A stretch of 64,000 bases of DNA from Actinomycetota bacterium (GCA_046732465.1 JBKPND010000029.1:17123-81122); one strand, 5' to 3'; shown: positions 16,898-26,541, counted from the first letter of the stretch. Numbers and translations: made by a program. Notes: a model not told the origin generated them from the letters alone.

Positions 16898-18583
16898 ATG
16901 ATGGAATCGTCCGCACCGGTCGTGCACCCGGCCCCCTCGCCCGTTCTCGATCCCCGCCGGTGGTGGGCGCTGGCCCTCCTCTGCGGCGCCTTCTTCATGG
17001 TGCTCCTCGACGCCACGATTGTGCTCGTGGCGCTGCCCTCGATCCAGGCGGACCTCGGCTTCTCGGAGCGAGGCCTGCAGTGGGTGCTGAGCGCCTACGC
17101 GCTCACCTTCGGCGGCCTGCTCTTGCTCGGAGGACGCGCGGCCGACCTGCTCGGACGCCGTCGCGTGTTCATGGCCGGTGTCCTCTTCTTCACCGCCGCG
17201 TCGCTCATGTGCGGGCTCGCCTGGTCGCAGGCGGCGCTCCTTGCGGCCCGGGTCGTCCAGGGCATCGGCGCCGCGATCATGACCCCGACCGCGCTCTCGA
17301 TCATCTCGACCACCTTCCCCGAGGGCCCCGAGCGGAACAAGGCGCTTGGGATCTGGGGTGGGCTCGGCGGCGTCGGCGCCACCACGGCGTGGCTGATCGG
17401 CGGCCCGCTCGTCGACGGCCCCGGCTGGGGGTGGATCTTCTTCATCAACATCCCCCTCGGCCTGGCCGCGCTTGCGCTGTCGCCCGTGCTCCTGCGGGAG
17501 AGCCGGGGCGCGCTGACGCGACGGAGCTACGACCCCGCTGGGGCGCTCACCATCACCGGCGCGATCGTCCTGCTCGTCTATGCGCTGGTCGAGGCGCCCA
17601 ACGTCGGCTGGGGTGACGTCCAGACGATCCTCCTGTTCGCCGGCTCGGCCATCCTCCTCGCTGCCTTCGCGCTGATCGAGGCGCGCCACCCCGAGCCCCT
17701 TGTGCCGCTCCGCCTCCTCCGATCGCGAACACTCGTCGGGGCGAACGCGGTGATGCTCCTCGTCGGCACCCTCGCCGTCGGCATGCCGTTCGTCCTCACG
17801 CTCTATGCGCAGCAGGTGCTCGGCTACTCGGCCGTCAAGTTCGGAGTCGGTTCGGTCGTTCTCGCAATCACGGTCACGGTGGGGGCGATCGTCGCTCAGG
17901 CGGCGGTCCTCAAGGGCGGCTTCCGCTCGGTCGCCGCGACGGGCATGGCGTTGATGGGCGGGGGGTCACTACTGCTCACCCAGGTCTCCGTGGGCGGCAG
18001 CTACCTCGGCGACATCTTCTTCGGGCTGCTCGTCTTCGGGCCCGGGGTGGGTCTCGCCTTCGTGACCGCCACGGTCGCGGCCCTCGCGGGCGTCGCCGAG
18101 CGCGAGTCCGGGCTCGCCTCGGGCCTCAGCAACACCGCCTTGCAGATCGGCTCGGCACTGGGCGTCGCCATCGTCACGACCGTTGCTGTCTCCCGCTCAC
18201 AGGACTACCTCGCGGCGCACGCAGGCGCAAACCCGCTCGTCGTGCTGAACGAGGGCTACCAGTCGGCCTTCCTGGCCCTCGTCGTGCTGGCCGGGATCGG
18301 CATGGCGCTGGCGCTCGTCCTCCTCGGCCGCCCGCGGAAAGCGCCCGCACGAGCCGCTGGAGCCGGTCCCGGCGACCGGGGCCGCGGAGTGAGGAGAGCG
18401 GTACAGGTTCGACTACCAGCGAAAGGAACGGAGCAATGGGAAAGATCGTCATCAGCGAGAACGTCACGCTCGACGGAGTCATCGAGGATCCTTCCGGTGA
18501 CGAGGGCTTCAAGCACGGCGGCTGGGTCGGCAGGGTCACGGACCGCGAAGAGGCCGGCAAGGTACTGCTCGACGAGACGCTGA
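16898..18583 (+). CDS. MFS transporter, DHA2 (EmrB/QacA, 14-TM) family
   Basis: WWALALLCGAFFMVLLDATIVLVALPSI and LGGRAADLLGRRRVF are present. AGGAGG precedes ATG 16898/16901. The Arg-rich tail overlaps the next gene. Confidence 0.85.
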   Translation: MMESSAPVVHPAPSPVLDPRRWWALALLCGAFFMVLLDATIVLVALPSIQADLGFSERGLQWVLSAYALTFGGLLLLGGRAADLLGRRRVFMAGVLFFTAASLMCGLAWSQAALLAARVVQGIGAAIMTPTALSIISTTFPEGPERNKALGIWGGLGGVGATTAWLIGGPLVDGPGWGWIFFINIPLGLAALALSPVLLRESRGALTRRSYDPAGALTITGAIVLLVYALVEAPNVGWGDVQTILLFAGSAILLAAFALIEARHPEPLVPLRLLRSRTLVGANAVMLLVGTLAVGMPFVLTLYAQQVLGYSAVKFGVGSVVLAITVTVGAIVAQAAVLKGGFRSVAATGMALMGGGSLLLTQVSVGGSYLGDIFFGLLVFGPGVGLAFVTATVAALAGVAERESGLASGLSNTALQIGSALGVAIVTTVAVSRSQDYLAAHAGANPLVVLNEGYQSAFLALVVLAGIGMALALVLLGRPRKAPARAAGAGPGDRGRGVRRAVQVRLPAKGTEQWERSSSARTSRSTESSRILPVTRASSTAAGSAGSRTAKRPARYCSTRR

Positions 18584-19008
18584 GCGCCGAGGCAGAGCTC
18601 TACGGTCGGCGTACCTACGAGTTCCTCGCCTCGCGCTGGCCATCGCGAAGCGGCGAGTTGGCGGACAAGCTGAACGCCATGCCCAAGTACGTCATTTCCT
18701 CGTCCCTCGAGGATCCCGAGTGGAATAACACGACGGTGCTGAAGGGGGACGCCGTGGAGGAGGTCTCGAAGCTGAAGCAGGAGCTGGACGGAGAGATCGT
18801 GGTCCCCGCCAGCATCCAGCTCGTGCGCACGCTGCTGGAGCACGACCTCGTCGACGAGCTGCGGCTGATGGTCTACCCGGTCGTACTCGGTGCTGGCGAG
18901 CGCCTCTTCGGCGAGACCAACGACACGAAGCCAATGCGCCTCACGGGCAGCCGAACCCTCGACGACGGCCTCGCCCTCCTCACGTACGAGGCCGTCCGAG
19001 AGGCCTAG
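18436..19008 (+). CDS. Dihydrofolate-reductase-like (RibD C-terminal domain) family protein
   Basis: MGKIVISENVTLDGVIEDP and LRLMVYPVVLGAGERLF match the family. An SD (GAAAGGAACGGAG) lies upstream. Confidence 0.8.
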   Translation: MGKIVISENVTLDGVIEDPSGDEGFKHGGWVGRVTDREEAGKVLLDETLSAEAELYGRRTYEFLASRWPSRSGELADKLNAMPKYVISSSLEDPEWNNTTVLKGDAVEEVSKLKQELDGEIVVPASIQLVRTLLEHDLVDELRLMVYPVVLGAGERLFGETNDTKPMRLTGSRTLDDGLALLTYEAVREA

Positions 19009-19064
19009 CGCGCGGGGGACGGCAGCAGGGTTCCGAAAAGCCCACTTTCGGTCGGCCGACGGAC

Positions 19065-19146
19065 TCGCGGATCCGCGCCGGATCGTCGCGAGAGACGAAT
19101 CCCGCCCCCGCTACTTGCCAAGGGCCCTCTGAAAGGAGGGCCCTGG
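19065..19146 (+). repeat. att-like copy F: short arm plus tRNA-fMet T-loop-to-3'-end fragment plus hairpin
   Basis: The segment reads CGCGGATCCG..ACGAATCCCGCCCCCGCTA-CTTG-CCAAGGGCCCTCTGAAAGGAGGGCCC-TGG. The arm resembles the arm of copy E. Confidence 0.75.
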
Positions 19147-19360
19147 CGTGCAGGAAAGCCCTGGAAATCGACCCGCATTCCAATGCCGAGCCCAGCTTTC
19201 ATGCCCAAGATCATCCACGTTCAGGAAACGCCAAAGGTCAGTGGCTGAGCCGCGGCGTCCACGCAGGCGCGGAATCGAAGCGGTCCCAGCCTTCCCACGT
19301 CTGGTGAACCGTGGTCAGCGTGGATCGCACGCGCGAAGTCGTACAGTCCAGGCAAGGCCC

Positions 19361-20353
19361 ATGGCCGATCGATCTGACGCTCCGCACGATCGCAATGACG
19401 TGGAGAGGCTTGTCCGACTGGGGCGCAGGGAGCTCACCTGGCCCGAGGTCTGCTCGCGGGCCGGGGTGGGACACGACGTTGCCGATGTGCTCTGGCGCGC
19501 TCTCGGCTTCCCGGATGTGCCGCCCAACGAGCGCGCATACACCGACGAGGACGTCAGGGCACTTGCAATCGCAGCAGAGGGAATCGACCGGCTCCAGGGG
19601 GATCGCCGCGAGGCCGCACTCGAGGTGATCGTTCGCGAGGCGCGGATGGTCGGCGCTCATCTCACCCGTGTCGCGGAGATCGAGGTCGACGCGATGGCGG
19701 AGATGCGCGCCCTCAGCCTGCGCGAGCGCCTGCTCGATGATGTGTACCAGCGCGGCCTCGAGCGCTCCGACATGGCCTGGCTGTTGCTCTACGGGTTGCG
19801 GCGCCGCTTGGACGAGGCGCTGCGTCGTCGCCTGACGATCGAGGTCGGGAGTCATCCGAAACTCGCAGTCGGCTTCGTCGACTTGGTCGGCTTTACGCGC
19901 GTCAGCGGCTCGCTACAGGACGACGAGTTCGCAGCACTCTTGAGTCGGTTTGAATCGCTGGCCGCCGACGTCGTGACGGAGGCAGGCGGCAGGGTGGTGA
20001 AGCTGATCGGCGACGAGGCGATGTTCGTCGCGCCCTCTGCGCTGGGGGCGGCCCAAGCCGCACTTGAGCTGGTGGCCGCTTGCGAGGCCAATGGGCTTCC
20101 GGCGGCAAGGGCCGGTTTGGCGCTAGGCCCAGTGCTCGCGCGGGGAGGCGACTACTTCGGCCGTGCCGTAAACCTGGCGAGCCGGTTGGTGGACGAGGCG
20201 CCGCCCGGAGGCGTGCTCGCCGACGAGCAGCTTGTCGCCGCGATTCGGCAGGACTCGACCTTCGCGCTCGAGTCAGAGGGACGACAGCCGATGAGGGGGC
20301 TGGGGGAGGTCGACGTGTGGCGCCTGCACTCCGCGACGGAAATACAGCGCTAG
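19361..20353 (+). CDS. Class III adenylate/guanylate cyclase with an N-terminal helical domain
   Basis: LAVGFVDLVGFTRVSGSL..VKLIGDEAMFVAPS..GLALGPVLARGGDYFGRAVNLASRL are cyclase motifs. The start is set at ATG 19361. Confidence 0.8.
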   Translation: MADRSDAPHDRNDVERLVRLGRRELTWPEVCSRAGVGHDVADVLWRALGFPDVPPNERAYTDEDVRALAIAAEGIDRLQGDRREAALEVIVREARMVGAHLTRVAEIEVDAMAEMRALSLRERLLDDVYQRGLERSDMAWLLLYGLRRRLDEALRRRLTIEVGSHPKLAVGFVDLVGFTRVSGSLQDDEFAALLSRFESLAADVVTEAGGRVVKLIGDEAMFVAPSALGAAQAALELVAACEANGLPAARAGLALGPVLARGGDYFGRAVNLASRLVDEAPPGGVLADEQLVAAIRQDSTFALESEGRQPMRGLGEVDVWRLHSATEIQR

Positions 20354-20383
20354 GACCGACGGGCGGGGCGCCTCGCGAGCGCG

Positions 20384-20584
20384 TTAGCCATGGCGAGACC
20401 GCTTCCACGGCGGCCCACGCCACCGGCCAGCCGGCGGCCCCATCCAGCCTTTGGGCCGATTGATGTCCAGCGCTAGGGCGAGTACCAGCGTCGCCGTCCA
20501 GGCGTTCACCGGGTCGAGCTTCAGCGGCTCATCGCCGCCGATCAGGTTGGCGACAAACCAGATCACGAACCAGGCGATGGTCAT
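20384..20584 (-). CDS. Small membrane protein (2 TM)
   Basis: A strong SD (GAGGAG) lies 7 nt upstream of ATG 20584. Hydrophobic segments include IAWFVIWFVANLIGG, WTATLVLALAL. Confidence 0.5.
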   Translation of the reverse strand: MTIAWFVIWFVANLIGGDEPLKLDPVNAWTATLVLALALDINRPKGWMGPPAGRWRGPPWKRSRHG

Positions 20585-20650
20585 GCGAGTCTCCTCGGGT
20601 CAGGCCGACTTGATCGATAAGACGGTAGTGCCAGCTGGCACGAAGTCGAG

Positions 20651-21067
20651 CTAAGACCCGGCTCGCTTGACCAGGGCGGCGAGCGTTTCGGGAAAGTCGC
20701 CGCTGATCTCGGGTCCGAGTTCCGGGCCGATTTCATCAGCTGCCGGTCCGCTGATTTCCATGCGATAGGTCACTAGGTTTCGCTCGTCGTCGAGGCGGTC
20801 GACCCGATGGAAGGTCCTTACGACGACATTGCCGAGGTCGGCTTCGTCGACGAACAAGTTGGGTTCGGAGACCTCGGCGATGCGCAGCTCGACGGTGTCC
20901 TGGCCGACCGGAGTCATGGCGATCGTGCTGCCGGCGGCGAAGGGCCCCGAGATAGTGATTCGCTCGATATCGCCGTTCCAGTCCCCCCAGCTCTGCACGT
21001 CGGACCAGATGCGCCATATCGATTCGGGGGAGGCGGTTGTTTCTTGGCTGTACTCCGTCGTCCACAT
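20651..21067 (-). CDS. SRPBCC-family protein (polyketide cyclase/dehydrase-like)
   Basis: SPESIWRIWSDVQSWGDWNGDIE is typical of SRPBCC proteins, and the size fits at 138 aa. Confidence 0.7.
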   Translation of the reverse strand: MWTTEYSQETTASPESIWRIWSDVQSWGDWNGDIERITISGPFAAGSTIAMTPVGQDTVELRIAEVSEPNLFVDEADLGNVVVRTFHRVDRLDDERNLVTYRMEISGPAADEIGPELGPEISGDFPETLAALVKRAGS

Positions 21068-21104
21068 TGGATTCGAGCCTACGTCGGCTTATGGGTTAGG
21101 GCAA

Positions 21105-22232
21105 CTACCTCCGGGGTAAGCGTTCGAGCGCCTCGGCGGCGGTTCTATCGGGCTCATCGGCGGCAATGCGCCGGGCGGCGAGGCCGGCCTCCGCTGCGAA
21201 TCGCCGGTCGGTCAAGAGTGATCGCAGTGCCTTCCGGATTCGCTCGGTTGGCGCATCAGCAGGGAGTCGGATCCCGGCGCCGAGCTGCTCGACGCGGTCG
21301 GCGTTGAAGGCCTGGTCGCGCCCGAGCGGCAGCAGAAGCTGCGGCACGCCATGGGCGAGGGCGCGCAGCACGGTCCCCAAGCCTCCATGCCCGATCACCG
21401 CCGCGCAGCCGGGCATGAGGAGATCGTGGTCGGCGAAATCGACCACCTCGACGTTGTCAGGGACCTGCACAGCGTCTGGGTCGACCGCCGGGCCGAGCGT
21501 AAGGACAGCATCCAGATCAAGACCGGCGACTGTCTCGCCGACGCGGTCGATCAACGCGGCCTGACCGGCCATCACGGTCGTGCTGAACGTCAGCAGGACT
21601 CGCGGCCTCCGGATGTCGGCGAGCTGCTCCGCGCGGACCGCGACCGCCAGTGGTCCGGCGTGCACAACGTTCGCTGGCGGGTCGCCTTCGATGTCGAGCC
21701 AGCGAGGCGCGGCGACGAGGAGCAGTTCGGGAGCCTCCCAAGCGCTGATGCCGTCCGGGGCGGGAGCGAGCCCAAGCATCCGATGGGTCGCCGCGAGGGT
21801 GGGAAGGTCCGTTGTCCAGCCGCCGCCGGCTCGGAGCATCTGCACCCGCGCGAGGCCATAGAGGAAGTGCACGAGTGACACCGTCGGTGTGCCCGCGGCC
21901 TGGCCCGCCGCGATCGCGGCCGGCAGCATGCAGTCGACGACCGCGAGGTCGGGTCGCAGATCGTCGAGCACGTCCGTGGCGTCGAGAGCGATCTCCGCAC
22001 CGGCCGCGGCGGCCATCATCAGTTCGGCTTGCGCCTCGAACGCAACAGTGATGTCTGGATCGGGACTGCGCCGGTAGCCGATCACCTCGAAGCCGAGCTC
22101 CCCCGCGTCGCCGCGCGTCTCGCCGGAGCACAGCAGCGTCACCTCGTGGCCGCGTCGGTCTAGCACCGACGCCGCGGCCAGCATTGGAGGGAGATTCCCC
22201 CCGGGAGCCCAGGTGATCACGAGCACTCGCAC
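21105..22232 (-). CDS. GT1-family glycosyltransferase (MGT/UDP-glycosyltransferase-like)
   Basis: MRVLVITWAPGGNLPPMLAAASVL opens the protein. A C-terminal HGGLGTVLRALAHGVPQLLLPLGRDQAFNA matches the nucleotide-sugar binding signature. Confidence 0.8.
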   Translation of the reverse strand: MRVLVITWAPGGNLPPMLAAASVLDRRGHEVTLLCSGETRGDAGELGFEVIGYRRSPDPDITVAFEAQAELMMAAAAGAEIALDATDVLDDLRPDLAVVDCMLPAAIAAGQAAGTPTVSLVHFLYGLARVQMLRAGGGWTTDLPTLAATHRMLGLAPAPDGISAWEAPELLLVAAPRWLDIEGDPPANVVHAGPLAVAVRAEQLADIRRPRVLLTFSTTVMAGQAALIDRVGETVAGLDLDAVLTLGPAVDPDAVQVPDNVEVVDFADHDLLMPGCAAVIGHGGLGTVLRALAHGVPQLLLPLGRDQAFNADRVEQLGAGIRLPADAPTERIRKALRSLLTDRRFAAEAGLAARRIAADEPDRTAAEALERLPRR

Positions 22233-22316
22233 ACACCGCAGCGAATCAGACCTGTATAGCGCGCGACGCGAGCGGAGATGGCTTCAGCAAGCTCTACCGA
22301 CGGAGAAGCTCGTCCG

Positions 22317-22964
22317 CTACTTGAGCGGGCGATAGCGGATGTGCGTGACGCCGGGAGCCTCGATGGCATCGACCTGATCAATCAGTGGAGGCTCCTGCCC
22401 CAGGTTCTCGAACAGCCGCTCGCCGGCGCCGAGGAAGATGGGGACCACGGAGAGGTCGAGCTCGTCGACGAGCCCGGCGACCAGGTACTGCTGGAGCACC
22501 TCGGCCCCACCGGCCAGGGAGACGTCCTTGTCCCCGGCCGCCTGCTTGGCCCGCTCCAGGGCCGCCTCGATCCCGTCGGTGACGAAGTAGTAAGTCGTTC
22601 CGCCCTCCATCTCAAGGGGCTCCCGGGGATGGTGCGTGAGCACGAAGACCGGAGAATGGAAGGGCGGGTCCTCGCCCCAGAAGCCCCTCCAAGGATCCTC
22701 TCCCCATGGGCCCGGCCCTCCACCGAACATGTTGCGCCCCATCACAACTGCCCCGTACGTCTCCGCGGCGCGCCTCTCCATGACGGGCGTGCTGGCGTTG
22801 ACCTCGCCTCCCTGTTCCCCATGGCCTTCGCGCCAGGCGGCCAAAGGGAAGATCCATTCATGAAGCTGAAGTCCCCCGACCCCGAGCGGGTCCTCGGCGC
22901 TCTGATTCGGGCCGGCAACGAAGCCATCCAGCGACATCGACATGAAGAAGTGCAGCTCGCTCAC
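22317..22964 (-). CDS. Dihydrofolate-reductase-like (RibD C-terminal domain) family protein
   Basis: FFMSMSLDGFVAGPN and LDLSVVPIFLGAGERLF match the family. It is a paralogue of 18436-19008. Confidence 0.8.
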   Translation of the reverse strand: MSELHFFMSMSLDGFVAGPNQSAEDPLGVGGLQLHEWIFPLAAWREGHGEQGGEVNASTPVMERRAAETYGAVVMGRNMFGGGPGPWGEDPWRGFWGEDPPFHSPVFVLTHHPREPLEMEGGTTYYFVTDGIEAALERAKQAAGDKDVSLAGGAEVLQQYLVAGLVDELDLSVVPIFLGAGERLFENLGQEPPLIDQVDAIEAPGVTHIRYRPLK

Positions 22965-23019
22965 CCTCTCTCCTTTGCTGTGGCTCGGCGCATCGGCGCC
23001 ACGGTCAGCACCTGGTCGG

Positions 23020-23260
23020 TCAAAACTCGACGATGATGCGATTGCAGAGGCCAGGCTTCTCCTGCAGGAGAAAGTGCGAGGTCCCCGGGGACGATCGCCA
23101 GCTCTGAATCCGGGATCCCCTCATAGGTGGCGTTGATGTGCTCGTAGGTGACCAGGTCGCCATCGCCGAACATGAGCAGGGTCGGGGCGTCCACCTCTGC
23201 GAGCCTCTCCTGGGTCAGGGCCGGCTCCCGACTCCGCCGGCATCCTGGACACGCCATCAA
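23020..23260 (-). pseudogene. C-terminal remnant of an alpha/beta hydrolase, frameshifted
   Basis: The ORF gives ..VDAPTLLMFGDGDLVTYEHINATYEGIPDSELAIVPG. The authentic tail, GTSHFLLQEKPGLCNRIIVEF*, is in another frame, and the N-terminal ~200 aa are absent. Confidence 0.65.
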
Positions 23261-23396
23261 CTGAGGTGACCTGAGTTACAACCAGCCTTCCATCCCGGCT
23301 CCTTCGTGCTACTGCGGCGATACTATCGTATAGATACTCATACCAACAGGTCGGCCTGAGCGGGAGGCCCCCCTGCGTGGGCTGAGTGCCCGCCAC

Positions 23397-23996
23397 TCAC
23401 GCGCCCGAGATGGACGGTTGCACGGGGAGGTCGTAGTAGCGCCGGACGCTCGAGCCGACCCGGGACACGTCCGTCCCGTAGATATGGAGCGAGATCGCCG
23501 TGCCATCGCCGGCGTTGCGGACTCGGTGGATGTCGCCGGGCGGAGCGAACCCGCTCACGTCACCGGTCCTGTTCACGCGGTGGCCCGCCTCCACGAGGGA
23601 AGTGCCCTCCTCGTCGAGCTCGAACAGCTCCTCGCTCTCCGTGCCCTGGATGACCCCGAAGACGCACCACGTCACGTGATCGTGGATCGGCGTCACCTGT
23701 CCCGGCCGCCAAACGAGCGCCACGATCGAAAAGCTGCCGTCGGGCTCCGAGTGGATCACCTCGCTCTTGTAGGTCTCCGGATCCCCGATCCGCTGCTCGG
23801 CCGTGAGGATGCCCGGCGACGGAAGGTGCCGCTCGAGCTCTGAGGCGACCAGATGGGCCGTCTCGGCCCAATCGGCATGCTTGCCGACAGCATCCCGCAC
23901 CGCGGCCGCGAGCGCAGGTAGCTCGTGCCCGCCGAGCGGCGCCGGAGCGAGGTCAGATCCACCCACAAGCGTTGCCGATTGATGCTGGCTGAACAT
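23397..23996 (-). CDS. Cysteine dioxygenase type I-like cupin protein
   Basis: VTPIHDHVTWCVFGVIQG and GDIHRVRN..ISLHIYG form a cupin metal-site pattern like that of bacterial CDO homologues. Confidence 0.7.
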   Translation of the reverse strand: MFSQHQSATLVGGSDLAPAPLGGHELPALAAAVRDAVGKHADWAETAHLVASELERHLPSPGILTAEQRIGDPETYKSEVIHSEPDGSFSIVALVWRPGQVTPIHDHVTWCVFGVIQGTESEELFELDEEGTSLVEAGHRVNRTGDVSGFAPPGDIHRVRNAGDGTAISLHIYGTDVSRVGSSVRRYYDLPVQPSISGA

Positions 23997-24121
23997 GACG
24001 TGCGTACTCCCTCACATAGACCGCTCGGCCGCCGAAAACTCACCGATCGAGTCGTATGAACTTAGGACGCGTGCTCACGGAGCGCAACACGAATGGCGTA
24101 TCGGGCTAGACGGCGCCGGTT

Positions 24122-25027
24122 CTATGCGGACGCCCCAGGCGCCCGGCCGAAAGCCGAGCGCGCCACATCAACGAACGCAGCGATGGCGGGCGACGTCTCG
24201 TCGGTGCGCCAGACGAGGCACGTTTCGATCGAGTCGGTGGGCTCGCTGACCCCAACCGCCGCGATGCCCTCGGGGAGCCCACTTGCGACCGTTTGCGGGG
24301 CCATGGCAACGGCCGGGATGTCAGCTAGGACTCCGAGGTCCCAGCCCGTGTGAAAGGACTCGGTGCGAAATCGCGGCTCGAAACCGGCGCGGCGGTAGAT
24401 GGCGACGAACACATCATGCAGCCGTGGTGCGATGTCGCGGGGGAACAGGACGAACTCCTCATCGGCCAGCGAGGAGAGGGGGATCGCCTCCTCGCCCGCA
24501 AGGGGATGAGCCTCCGGCAGCAGCACGACGAGGCGCTCCTTGCGAATCGGGGCGAGTTCCAGCTCCGCGGCGATCTCGGGGCAGAGCGAGAGGGCCAAGT
24601 CGATGTTTCCGCTGCGGAAGGCCGGGGCCATCCGGGCGTTCCACATCTCTTGAGCCAGCAGCTCGACACCCGGGTGGCCTGCCCTGAAAACTCTTCCGAG
24701 CGCCGGAAGTGTCTCGAAGCGCGTGCTCCAGGAATAGGCGAGGCGCAGCGAGCCGAGCTCGCCGGCCCCGGCGCGCTTGGCATCTTCCGCCGCCCGATCG
24801 GCCTCCGCGAGCGTGCGCCGCGCTCCGTCCAGGAAGGCGCGCCCAGCGTCGGTCGGCGTGACCTCGCGGGTGGTGCGCGTGAAGAGCTCGACCCCTAGGT
24901 CGCGCTCGAGCTGCTGGATCGCGGCACTCAGCGGAGGCTGGGCCATGTGCAACCGCTCCGCGGCGCGGCTGAAGTTCAGCTCCTCCGCCACGGCGATGAA
25001 GTAGCGCAGATGGCGGAGCTCGACCAT
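24122..25027 (-). CDS. LysR-family transcriptional regulator
   Basis: MVELRHLRYFIAVAEELNFSRAAERLHMAQPPLSAAIQQLE forms the HTH. The gene is divergent from the MBL operon. Confidence 0.9.
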   Translation of the reverse strand: MVELRHLRYFIAVAEELNFSRAAERLHMAQPPLSAAIQQLERDLGVELFTRTTREVTPTDAGRAFLDGARRTLAEADRAAEDAKRAGAGELGSLRLAYSWSTRFETLPALGRVFRAGHPGVELLAQEMWNARMAPAFRSGNIDLALSLCPEIAAELELAPIRKERLVVLLPEAHPLAGEEAIPLSSLADEEFVLFPRDIAPRLHDVFVAIYRRAGFEPRFRTESFHTGWDLGVLADIPAVAMAPQTVASGLPEGIAAVGVSEPTDSIETCLVWRTDETSPAIAAFVDVARSAFGRAPGASA

Positions 25028-25119
25028 CTCAGGGGGAGCGTATCCGCCCACACCGGCTCGGTCTGGCGTTAGACCGTATTCCTGTTGCCGACCGGCGAGG
25101 CCGTTCCTAGCCTGAGGGC

Positions 25120-25953
25120 GTGGCTCCGATCGTGCACACCTACCGCTCGGGTGAGACCGGACTGTTCGTCAACTCCTACCTGGTCGAGGGTGCCGACGGC
25201 GTGGTCGCGATCGATGCACCCCTGCTGATCTCCGACGGCCGCGCCTTTCGCGCCCGCTTCGAGGCGCTCAAGAAACCGCTGCTCGCTGTGCTGGTCACCC
25301 ACCCACACCCCGATCACTACAACACGGTCACAGAGCTGCTCGCAGGAGAGAGCGCGCCGGTGATCGCGCATCCCGACGTTGACCGAGAGATCCGCGCCAA
25401 CGACGACGCCAAGCGGGCTCAATGGGAGCCGATGTTCGGGGACGAGTGGCCCAGCAGCGCGACCTTCCCGAGCCGGGATGTGGGTGACGAGGAGACGGTG
25501 GAATTCGGCGACCTCCGTTTCACCGCCTGGGACTTCGGGCCCTGCGAAAGCCACAGCGAAACGGTCTGGCTGCTGGGGGACGGCGAGTCCGCGTTCGTTG
25601 GGGACCTTGCCTTCAACGGCACACACGCTTACCTGGCGGATGGGAGCACGGACGCCTGGCTGCGGGCGATCGACCGAGCGGAGGAATCGCTCGCCGGCGT
25701 GCGCACGCTGTACGTCGGCCACGGCCCCCCAGGCGGGCCGGCGGTACTGGCCGATCAGCGCCGCTACCTGCTGATGGTGCGTGAGGCGATCGGGCGGGTG
25801 TCGAACGGGCGACCGGAGCTGAGCGAGGGCGAGGCGAGTCGAGTGGCGCGCCTGATGGAGCGTTATCTGCCGGGAGCGCCTCTCAGTTGGCTCGTCGGTG
25901 CCGGCGCTCCGGCGGTCGCCACCGAACTCAAACAAGAGGCGGCAGCTTCATGA
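25120..25953 (+). CDS. MBL-fold metallo-hydrolase
   Basis: VLVTHPHPDHY carries the HxHxDH motif, and the later H and D ligands are present. Confidence 0.85.
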   Translation: MAPIVHTYRSGETGLFVNSYLVEGADGVVAIDAPLLISDGRAFRARFEALKKPLLAVLVTHPHPDHYNTVTELLAGESAPVIAHPDVDREIRANDDAKRAQWEPMFGDEWPSSATFPSRDVGDEETVEFGDLRFTAWDFGPCESHSETVWLLGDGESAFVGDLAFNGTHAYLADGSTDAWLRAIDRAEESLAGVRTLYVGHGPPGGPAVLADQRRYLLMVREAIGRVSNGRPELSEGEASRVARLMERYLPGAPLSWLVGAGAPAVATELKQEAAAS

Positions 25954-26159
25954 TCGTGGAGTACATCCGCTATGAGATCCCCGACAACGAGGCCCGCATC
26001 GAGTGGGACTCGGCCAAGGAACAACTGAAGGGGTTCCGCGCCAATCCGAAGTTCCGCATCTCCTTCAACGCCGTGCGGCCCTACGTCGACAGGATCGAGG
26101 AGACGCGCCACTACGAGGTCAAGACCACCGGCCAGAAGCAGAGCAACAATGCTCGCTGA
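25950..26159 (+). CDS. Small hypothetical protein (69 aa), translationally coupled
   Basis: Its start overlaps the MBL stop (ATGA at 25950-25953). The sequence begins MIVEYIRYEIPDNEARIEWD.. I do not recognise a family. Confidence 0.5.
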   Translation: MIVEYIRYEIPDNEARIEWDSAKEQLKGFRANPKFRISFNAVRPYVDRIEETRHYEVKTTGQKQSNNAR

Positions 26160-26541
26160 GCACCCGATCGACGTGATGCTGCTCAGCACCGATCTGGGTG
26201 TCGCGAAGGAGTTCTACGGCGACAGAATCGGGCTCGAGATCCTGCTCGACACCGACGACTTCGTCACCTTCAGCTGCGGGGGCGACAGCCGCCTCGTGGT
26301 CACCAAGAGCACCACCGGCACCGCCGAAGAGCAGACAAAGGCTTCATGGCGGGTGGAGGACATCGCGGCCGAGGTTGCCCAGTTGCGCTCCCATGGGGTC
26401 CCCGTCGCCGAGTACGACGGGCCCGGTCTCAAGACTGTCGATGGCGTAGCCGATGTCGGCTTCGCGCTTGCGGCCTGGTTCGTGGATCCGAGCGGCAACG
26501 CGATCGGCCTACTGCAGTTCAAGGATGCGGGGAAGGGGTGA
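26149..26541 (+). CDS. VOC/glyoxalase-bleomycin-resistance family protein
   Basis: LSTDLGVAKEFYGDRIGLEIL and FVDPSGNAIGLLQ match the family. It overlaps the previous gene by 11 nt. Confidence 0.8.
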   Translation: MLAEHPIDVMLLSTDLGVAKEFYGDRIGLEILLDTDDFVTFSCGGDSRLVVTKSTTGTAEEQTKASWRVEDIAAEVAQLRSHGVPVAEYDGPGLKTVDGVADVGFALAAWFVDPSGNAIGLLQFKDAGKG

